A DNA stretch of 64,000 nt, taken from contig NW_024704742.1 of the NCBI RefSeq assembly GCF_018977255.1, positions 88,414,001-88,478,000 of the forward strand, written 5' to 3'. The notes below the pieces were generated by a model. That model worked only from the letters and a program-made list of their open reading frames with translations, was not told the DNA's origin and ran no database searches. A program made the position numbers and the translations under genes. Of this stretch, positions 55,015-64,000 are shown one piece after another; within the stretch, counting starts at the first letter, position 1; each line of letters begins with the position of its first letter. The stretch comes from Callorhinchus milii (lineage: Eukaryota).

Positions 55015-55944
55015 AAAATATGTTGCTTCTGTGCAAAATCATTTTTTGTCACGGGTAGCAAATATTTCCATCAAGTCAGTGAATGTCCCATTGATGCACA
55101 TAGAATAAATAATCTCAACACCATCTAGATTTTCTCCTTCAGTGAATGTTAGACATTTGTGCATATGTAAACTGGCTGCTGCAGTAACATCTTTTCCATT
55201 CTGACGATATTCAATTATGCAAAACATACAGCAAGCAAAACAGGTAAATGGTTAACAGGGGCAAAATACCAGCAATTGTTGAGACTTGCCTTTCACTCCC
55301 ATGAGACGATAATGAGTGGTGAATGATAAGCTGTATTCTTTCTGCTACAATAAACTTGGTAAACAGTTTTATGGTGCGTACTTACTTAAAATTATAACCT
55401 GAGTTTAGGTGTGGGCATTTCTACATTTCATTGAGTGGAGTAACACTTCTACATCAAAAATAAAAGGGCAATTAAAAAAAAGGTTTAACAAATTGCATTT
55501 GATAAGATATTTAGCTAAAACAAATATTCTGAATTACCATAATCTTAAGGTTAGATCATTTCTGTCGATAATATTTCACTGTTACCAACATTTGGATTGC
55601 CTGAACAAGATTTAAAAAGAAACTTTTCCAAAATTGCAAATAGCATTGAATATTCAAAGATCTCAACAATGAAAAGCTTTGATGGCAGTGGCTATTCTCA
55701 TCTATTAGCAGCACCTTTACATGTAACATTCTGTTGCAATTGAAAACCTGGGGTAAAGTTTTGTGGAGATTCAAACACATTTTTTCTTGGGTTTAACACA
55801 AGGAACACGTTATATAAAACACCACAAACTTTACCTCAGCATTTCTTAATTTAACCAAATGTAACAAGGATTTTTTTTCAGAGAAGGTATTGGAAATGAA
55901 ACTACTGGACTGCACAATCTACCTCTAGTAAGACCAGTGACGGT

Positions 55945-56330
55945 TCATCCATGGCCTTGCCCCCTGCTACCTCTCTGACCTGCTGACTCCCTACCAACCT
56001 GCCCGCTCCCTCCGTTCATCGGGCTCCGGTCTGCTCCATGTCTCCCGTCCTACCATCGGTGGCCGGGCTTTCAGCCTCTCTGTCCCCACACTCTGGAACT
56101 CCATCCCACGGTCCCTTCGCCTCGCTTCCTCCCTTGCCTCCTTCAAGGCCAGTCTCAAGACCCTTCCCTTCGATCGTGCCTTTAGTCTCCCTCCCACCTC
56201 TCTGCTTTCCCTCACCCCTACACCACCCCTCCCCCATGCTCGGGCCCCGACATCTGACTGTTCAGCACTTTGGGACGTCCTCCTGACGTGAAAGGCGCTC
56301 TATAAATGTAATTTTATTGTTGTTGTTGTT
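55945..56330 (+). mobile_element. L2 3' fragment with intact terminal stem-loop and (GTT)n tail
   Basis: Homologous to 13005-13260. Ends agcactttgggacgtcctcctgacgtgaaaggcgctctataaatg...gttgttgtt. Confidence 0.82.
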
Positions 56331-59300
56331 CATAACCTCCAACCCTGCCTCCCAAGTGAGATTGCTTATCAATAACATGAACAGTGTGGGCATTGCAGCC
56401 ACCGCAACTTAGACACAAACTAAATCCCAGGACAAAACCGAGGAACAAAAATGCCAAGTTCTGTATATCCTGAACAAAAAACAGACACCAAAGAGTGATT
56501 TCAAGATTAAATCTGTGCGTCATGGAGTTTACATGATCACATGAATTACTTGTGCTTTGCCCTGAAGATTCAAACATCATGCAAACCCCTCTGATTAAAT
56601 TAGAGACCTGTGATGAATCCCAGGTTCCCAGTATTTTTTTTAATGTATACCTTACTATGAGACATAGAAGTTTGGTTCTTTTGAGCTCACACCATAACTT
56701 TCCTTTCATGTAGAAGCAGATTTTCCCTCCAAAATGAAACAGTTACAAGTAATTGAACTGACAGCACAGAATGTGTAGTTAATTCAAACCCTGTTAAGAA
56801 CTATAAAAATCCAAACTAAAGAGCTTTTCAACTTAGTGTTTCCATTAATTACAGATTTCAACCGATACGAATACAAATAATAGACTTTGAAAATTCAAAT
56901 AGGTTTCTGTTCCTTTAAATTAGGATTATGTGGTAGGAATCTTCTAAGGAACAAGTCCAAAAACAAAATTGGGAAAATGTATACAATAGAAATACTGTAA
57001 TACACAACAGACCACAGTCTGAAGAGAATATACCTACAGGAAGATAAAACTGAGACACAGAGAAAACTGATGCATGCATGAAACTGATGAGGGTCTGAAT
57101 TGATACAAGTTGCTTCCATTCAATCCACCTTAGATTTATACATACTCGTACATTATATCTAGCTGATGAATCATTCAATTGAGGCAATTTTATCACACAG
57201 ATCTGCTGATTCACACATTAATTGTGTAACACTGTCATGCAATTGAGTGTTAAAGTTTTTGCCATTAAAGTTTATTTTCAACATGTAAAATTACACATTA
57301 AATTCCTTACCACTGCCAACACACATTCTCTCTCTTATACACACACGTACACACACATTTTCTCTCGCACACACACACACACTCCTACAGAAACTTGATT
57401 CTGTAACACATAGAACACTATAGTCTAAACTCAATGTCCTTTCATTTCTGCAGACTCATGTTTAAGTGAAAACAAACAGGGATCAAGGGCTCCATGCTTC
57501 AACTATTGTCAAGAGTCACAAGAGAACTGCGTTCTTCCAATGTTGATTCATTTACCAGTGAACGTGAACTCCAGGTCAAGAAAAAACAACCCAAAACTAC
57601 CCCAATTATCAAGCTCTCGGAAATCTACAGTGAAGAGCACGGAGAATGGAAATTTCACACTGTTGCGACTGTTGGCACTATTCTCAAACTGGGAGTGAAA
57701 ACCAGGGTAAGAAAAACACAAGGGGGTACCTAAACTGTGCTGTAACTAACTAAAGTAATCTACAAGGATTATTTAGCATAGTGGGTGATGTAAGGTTAAA
57801 ATGTGCCTCTTTTTAATTTTCAGAGTTATGCAACTGAATAATATTAATACACTCTGCAATTTGAAAAATAGAAGAATCAGAAGTGCTCCTTTTACAATGT
57901 AATTTTTCTCTAATCACGTTCTCCTGATTATTCAAAGGAGTATTATCTGATGTAGTACAGTGCACCTAAGGGGAGTCCTCAAACGTTTCCTTATAAAAAA
58001 GACACCAGAACTGATAGACTAAGTGATTGCTCTGCAAGATAGTGAGACTTCACCTCAGTGGTAAATTGCAGTGGGAATATGCAAAAATAACAACTGTGAC
58101 CAGATGAGCTGAGGGGTTCAGATGATATTGGTAATAAAAGGAGATAATAGATTATAACCAACATCAGTAACTCCAGAGCAAGATTACTGCCTAAAATCAT
58201 CACCAGATTTTTTATAAAATTATATAATAGAGTTTTGGGGGATGGGGGAACAGCTTTATTTGAAGTCGCATTTTTGTTTAGTTGGTAGAGAATATTAAGA
58301 CAATGTTAACAACAACAACAAATTACACTTGTATAGCCCCTTCACATCGGAAAGACATTCCTTGACTTAATGTCAAGACATTAATGTCAAGGCCAAGATG
58401 CTCTGTGCAGTTAATGTATATTTATTCTTCACTGAAAAATTCTTCTGACAATAACCACTCTGAGGTTGCAAGGCAGTTACAATCTAAGCGCTCTGAGATG
58501 CTACACTGCGTAGAGGGCGCTATATAAGTGCAAGTTGTTGGTCTTGTTACAATTACAAGAGGATAATATAGAATAATGATATGTTGGTGAGCACTAGTTG
58601 TTGATGGGCTCCAGTTCTGTGCGGTGGAATTATTAAGAGAACAATTAACGAGATTGGCAGTGATAGATTATGAAGTGTGACTTAGTTTTTAAACAAGCAG
58701 TGTGAGAAGGTCACCATAGATAGGTCACAGCATGTTGGATTTTTCTAGGTATCGGGACAGGTCAGTTGATTCCTAATCAATCATCTATTCATCCATTCAT
58801 TCGTTCGTTCATTCAAACCATGTTTTGCTCAGAAAATTAAATAAACTATTTATAAAAGTAAAATGATTGTTGTGTTGGTCAAAGAAGGGAAGGAGGGAGG
58901 AAACACCACTTTAAAAAAAATTACAATCTTCCCATCTGATAAAAAAAATCCAGAAGTTGCAGAATGCATCATCTATTGTTTTGCTCCATTGAGAGGAACA
59001 TAGGAATTGCTAGACGAATAAAAGACAAAGATACATCTAGTTTGTCTTCGACCTGTTAGTAGTCGCTTGCGACGCAGACTTGTACAATAATGCTCAGCAA
59101 TTAATTCTGTATAGATTAGTCTACAACAGAGTGTAAAGCTTTGGGAACCTTAGATCCCAAAATAGTAATAATCCTAATAATTTGGTCTCTCAATGCACAA
59201 CTGTTTGTGGGACACTGCTGTGTGAAATTGGCTGTCACGTTTTGCCCACAAAATACAGTCAATCTACTTTACAGTATGTTCTGTAAAGCGTTTTGAGACA

Positions 59301-59634
59301 TCTCGATGACGTGATCAGGAGCTGCATCAAATGCAAGGATTATTATTACTACAAGGCCTCTTACATTAAATAAGCTCATGGTTTCATCTGTGTCAATTCC
59401 AGCAATAACTATTTCTGGGTGGATGACGCCTCTGCTTCTCTTTCACCCCTCCCCTTGTGCTCTCTGGGCTCAGGCAATAGAAACCGTGAGAGAAAAATAT
59501 GATTATTATTATCCAAAGTTGTCTAGTCTTCCAAGCATAAAACACTTTTTAACTCCAGTACGTGTAAAAAGTAACAGATTAAACGTCTGAAATGACAATA
59601 AAAGGAAATACCAATAAAAATAAAACTCTCTTAC

Positions 59635-60052
59635 CTTTGAAGTGGTGGCTGTTTGCAAACATGCAGCCGAGCTCGCTCTGCTTGGGTTTGGCAGTGAGCA
59701 GGAGAGGGTGGCCTGGCGACTGAGGGACCTGGAAGGTGTGCTTGTTGACCACCTGTCTCCTGGGGCTCAGGGCGGGCAGCTGCATGCTGTTTTCGGGGGT
59801 GATGCAGCCGTTTTGCGGGGTGGAGGTGGTCGGGTGCTGTTGGCAGCCGTTCAGCGAGACCTTGATGTGCATGTTGTTGGCCAGGATGCCATTAGCCGGG
59901 CTGGGGGTTACGCTGCTTACAGGCGGGTAGGGGGTTTCTGACTGTATCCTGATTGGGGGGATCTGCTGGCCGTTTATCATGGCTTGTGCCTGTCCTTGTC
60001 CCTGAGGTGTAGCCGACCTCCGGTGGGCAATATTACAGGGTCTCCCGTTCAT
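59635..60052 (-). CDS. GLIS3: First coding exon (CDS part, 139 codons + 1 nt) of a GLIS-family Kruppel-like zinc-finger transcription factor, most likely GLIS3
   Basis: Translation MNGRPCNIAHRRSATPQG...IPPIRIQSETP...LANNMHIK...LPALSPRRQ...FQVPQ...KPKQSELG...HFKG aligns motif by motif with the human GLIS3 N-terminus as recalled (MNGRSC..TPQG..IPAIR..LANNLHLK..LPALSPRRQ..FQVTQ..KPKQQEFG..GKG). ATG context is aagATGa (A at -3) with an in-frame TGA upstream at 60185-60187. The donor AAG|GTAAGA at 59635/59634 is phase 1. A GLIS1-type paralog cannot be fully excluded without the zinc-finger exons. Confidence 0.88.
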
Positions 60053-60196
60053 CTTGAACAGCGTTTCTTTATAGATATATATATTGACAATATAACACAG
60101 ATATCCACTGGCTTTATTTTTCAATCCGACCACTGAGCAATAACACAAATCAATTTGATCCTTCACTACATTGTCCGCATCACTTCAGGGAAATTC
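60053..60196 (-). other. GLIS3: 5' UTR part of the same exon, with splice acceptor
   Basis: Minus strand reads cccattcttttgacAG|gaattt at 60197/60196 (pyrimidine tract plus CAG), 144 nt upstream of the ATG. Confidence 0.7.
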
Positions 60197-60294
60197 CTGT
60201 CAAAAGAATGGGTAAATGTGATATAAAAGTTATATACTGTACAGACATACAGCATAGATATTCAATATAACAGTGATCCATAGCACGTTGGATA

Positions 60295-60503
60295 GTGAGA
60301 TAGAGAAATAGACAAGAGAGGTAGAGAAATAGAAGGGGAGAGAAATAAATAGAGAGATAGAGAACGAGTTAGAGAGATAGAGAAATAGATAGAGATAAAG
60401 AGGTAGAGAGTGAGAAAGAGATAGAGAAAGAGATAGAAAGGTAGAGAAGTAGATAGAGAAATATAGAAAGAGATAGAGAAATAGAAAAAAGATATGGAGA
60501 AAT

Positions 60504-60554
<51 letters not shown>

Positions 60555-60555
60555 G
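60295..60555. repeat. (GA/ATAG)-rich tract followed by (GACA)n
   Basis: Directly visible. It is pyrimidine-rich on the GLIS3 sense strand, upstream of the acceptor. Confidence 0.9.
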
Positions 60556-60968
60556 CCCTGTTCAGGTAAGTCAGTAATATCTGGTTCTGACAGTGATATG
60601 TGGCTTTCGTTGGAAACATGAAACGTGTCACTGCACTTTGAGGGGAGGGAGGGAAATTGTTATTTACTAATGCATTTAAACATTCCCATGGCTGGTTATT
60701 TAATCTGTGCCGATTTCCCTAAATGCTGTAGCGTGAGGCCGGGTTAGTGATGGCGATGGTCAACTTGAATTCACTAGTCTGCAACTTTGCCAGCAGCCAA
60801 CTTAACTCACAGTCAGCACAAGTGTGAGAGATCACAGTTTTATTGGGTGTTTAGCTCCCATATGTGGATCGTTCAGTGTTTTGCTAGTTAATATTTTTTT
60901 CCTTCAATGTACAGTTAGGTATTTTTTTCACAAAGAAAGAGAGAGAGATGTGAGGGATAGAGAGAGAA

Positions 60969-61000
<32 letters not shown>

Positions 61001-61861
61001 CACCTGAATGTCAATACAGATCGGATCTCACCTTATCTTCAAAGATTTTAGATATAAAACAATACAGTATATAGAGGACAATTTTTTTTCGTTGGATTGA
61101 TCGAAACCGTTGAGAGTTTGTTGACATCCCGATCTTATTGATACATCCCACCACCGCCTCTGGTGTGAACCTTTGTGAAGACTTACACACAGGGCGTTTG
61201 ACACTTTAATGGGGACTTAACAATTTAATTGTTTCGCATCACATCCACAGCACCGGGTTTTCTTTTCGGGAATGGGGAAGGAAATGTCGTGATGTAAATG
61301 AGCCGCTGAGATCCAACAAACAGAGACCATAAATAAATAGGAGACAATAAAATCAATTGAAAAAAACAAGGAATAAAGAGAGAGGCAGAAGAGATCGAAA
61401 GAAGCTGCAACATTTGGAGAAATCTTGCTTATGAAAACTATTGTTATATTGGAATTACATAACTCCCAACTGGGATCATTGCTTCCCTCTTCCTCCTTTA
61501 AAATGCTGTTGTGATGAGTTGAGCTGAATGTCTTCATTCACATCTTTCTTTACGATCCCCTCCTGCTAACTAACCACTTTCCTCGCGTTTTATTTCTCAA
61601 TGACTGTAAATTGTATTGTAACAAAGTGATAAAAGTCATTCTGCGCCAAAGTGGCTTTACTTCACGAGAGAGAGAGAGAGAGAGAGTTATATCTGTTGTG
61701 GGAGTGTGAGCAATGATCATATGGATGGGTTGTCATTCAGTAATCTGAGAAATCCCCAAACTGTTGGTTATCAGCTTATACTGTAATGGTGTTCTACAGA
61801 TATAAACATTTATAAGCAATGTGTAACATCAAAGTCACAAAGCGTGAATATGAGAAACAGG

Positions 61862-62192
61862 AGACACACACACACACACACATACACACATACACACACA
61901 CATACACATACATCCATACAAAACACACACACACTTACACACACACACATACATACATACAAAACACACACTTACACACACAGACACATACATACATACA
62001 TCCATACAAAACACACACACTTACACACACACACATACATACATACAAAACACACACTTACACACACACACACATACATACATACATACATCCATACAAA
62101 ACACACACACTTACACACACACACATACATACATCCATACAAAACACACACACATACATCCATACAAAACACACACTTACACACACACACAC
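61862..62192. repeat. Compound (CA)n/(CATA)n microsatellite with ~40-bp higher-order units
   Basis: Repeating aaaacacacacacttacacacacacacatacatacat units. Confidence 0.9.
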
Positions 62193-63276
62193 GAGGTGGC
62201 ATTTCGATCGAGCTGTTCAAGTGGAGGAAAATGAATCACACAAACGGCAAATGCACCGCTCGTTGCCAACGGTTTACAACCTGGAGACAACACGACAAAT
62301 ATCTCACAGATTGTTTTTTTTAAAAAAAAATCATATCAGTCGGCGGTGGTGCAGGAGAGCCGCTGGATATCCATAGATCGAATGTGGAATTGAGTTTGGT
62401 AAAGGGAGAACGAGGGCGGAATAAACCATGAACGAGCAAACTGGGTGTCAAGGTCAAGACAGATGAACAGCAGAAGGAGTGCAAACTTTCACATTATACA
62501 CTTGAAAGTGTTTCCCACCTCCCAAAGCAGAGTGAGGACCAGGTAAAGGGGGAGAGGAGAGGAGGGTGTGTGTGTGGTGGGGGGGGGGTTAAGACTATGT
62601 ACAACATCGTGTTACAACCAAAGGAAAATTCAGAGAAAAGGCAAAACAAAATAAGAACTGAATATCCAGAGTGTGTGAGAGTGTCGCAAGGAAATAATTC
62701 GAGAGAAAGGGAGAGAGAGGGAGAGACAGAGACAGACAGAGATGATAAAAAGATGAGCAGAGTGACAGAGACGGGCTTTGTGAAACATGAGAGCAAACTT
62801 CCACAAGGAATCCAGGGACACAGTGGTATAATTTCCCAATCTCACTGAACCTCCTCCAGTCCACACATCCCGATCAAACACATCCAAAGCGCAACTGGAT
62901 TTATGTTCTATCCTCACAACTGCCCTTCTCAACCAGATCATCCCGGGAGGGGGGGGGGGGGGAGAGGGTCCTGAACCCCTTTATTAATTCTGCCAACAAA
63001 TACTCTTTAAGACAACTTTTAATCGAGAAAAAAAAACACGCAAATCGCCACGCAACTGATAGTGGGACTGACTACTGACTGACTACTGACTGACTGGCAA
63101 CAGCCCGACAGCCGCACAGCAGTGAGAGTGTGTTGTGCGTTTGTGCGAACAACATCACAGTCTGTGAGTGTGGGCTCCACATTACCATCCACTTCAGGCG
63201 CATGACATCCGATCATTGCCTTCTTTTACAATGTGTATTTTTTTCAAAATACCTACATATAAAATATATATATTAT

Positions 63277-63282
<6 letters not shown>

Positions 63283-63310
<28 letters not shown>
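63283..63310. repeat. (GT)n microsatellite
   Basis: Directly visible. Confidence 0.9.
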
Positions 63311-64000
63311 GAAACATACCCCGTCGGTGTCAGTGAGCACCACTCTCATAACACCCACAGATCTGCAACAGGGACCAAACAGACCCACCACTCGCTCCAC
63401 GAGTTATTTGCAAACATTTGATCCGCGAGATTTAATCAGCAAAGTCCTTTTGCTTGTGACTGGGGGTGAAATGTCCACGCCACTGCCAGCAAAACCTTGT
63501 CGGTTAACAGGACAAGGACACCATCCTTTCGATTGCAAAGCGATTTTAGAGTGCACAGCGGTGTGCGGTAAAGGTTTCACTTGAAACTCACACTATTACT
63601 TTTCAGACAAAACTCGACCTGGATTCCACTCTGCATCCCGATCCCCATCAACAGCAACAAAACATTTCAATCCAACAGAGGGGCAACACAAGGTATGAAT
63701 CTACCAATGCAACGCAACGAGGTTTAAGTGTAATTGAGTAACGAGACAAAATATTGAACTAACCAGAGTAAGATAAAAGGAGTTTGACCCAAAGGAGTAA
63801 AGCAACACGACTTGGATCTGACAGAGTAACATAACACACTTGACTTTTATCCAACACAGCAGATAGACAGGACTGCGGATAAGCAGTACTGCATCTTGAG
63901 AGCAAGTTACTTTTCCCACCGCCTTAAATGGCATTTATTGCAGTACGTGGGCAATAGATTGAAGGGTTCCCCTCTCCATGAAATCAGGGGATGGGATCCC

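Larger units (their letters stand above)
1..59634 (-). other. GLIS3: Long intron downstream of the first GLIS3 coding exon (continues past the window start)
   Basis: Begins with GTAAGA. I recognised no next-exon peptide on the minus strand. The equivalent mammalian intron is also very long. Confidence 0.6.

Noticed and set aside
59579..60166. 195-aa ORF as a single-exon gene
   Set aside because: It begins at a GTG in the 5' UTR and runs past the splice donor. Only 59635-60052 matches GLIS3.
60563..60571. Perfect + strand donor CAGGTAAGT as evidence of an antisense gene
   Set aside because: One 9-mer is expected by chance in a window this size, and there is no other support.
61819..62376. 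His/Thr-rich and Cys/Val-rich ORFs (also 18901-19307 and 34812-35256)
   Set aside because: These are translations of CA/GT microsatellites.

Overview
This is AT-rich vertebrate genomic DNA. The repeat content (esterase-type CR1 LINEs, L2 LINEs, Deu-domain tRNA SINEs and a Penelope-like terminal remnant) points to a cartilaginous fish, probably a chimaera or shark; that assignment is inference. The only host protein-coding sequence I can support is one minus-strand exon (59635-60196, ATG at 60052). It encodes an N-terminus matching vertebrate GLIS3 as I recall it (MNGR.C, LANN.H.K, LPALSPRRQ, KPKQ.E.G, phase-1 donor after the same Gly). I found no downstream exon, so 1-59634 is probably one intron of at least 59.6 kb. 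That intron holds a near full-length but decayed CR1 (22373-26550), dozens of SINE copies of two families sharing an L2-type 3' stem-loop tail, L2/CR1/Gypsy fragments, a palindromic MITE family, microsatellites and several repeat-free candidate enhancers. I see no convincing novel multi-gene system. The best leads are non-coding: a double-tailed SINE carrying a captured ~100-bp spacer (two copies), a modular tRNA-Ala/CORE-like/Deu SINE, a pre-miRNA-shaped hairpin, a 27-bp minisatellite of 5' splice-site-like units, and a CR1 5' region that could act as an alternative GLIS3 first exon. Repeat boundaries are read by eye and approximate.
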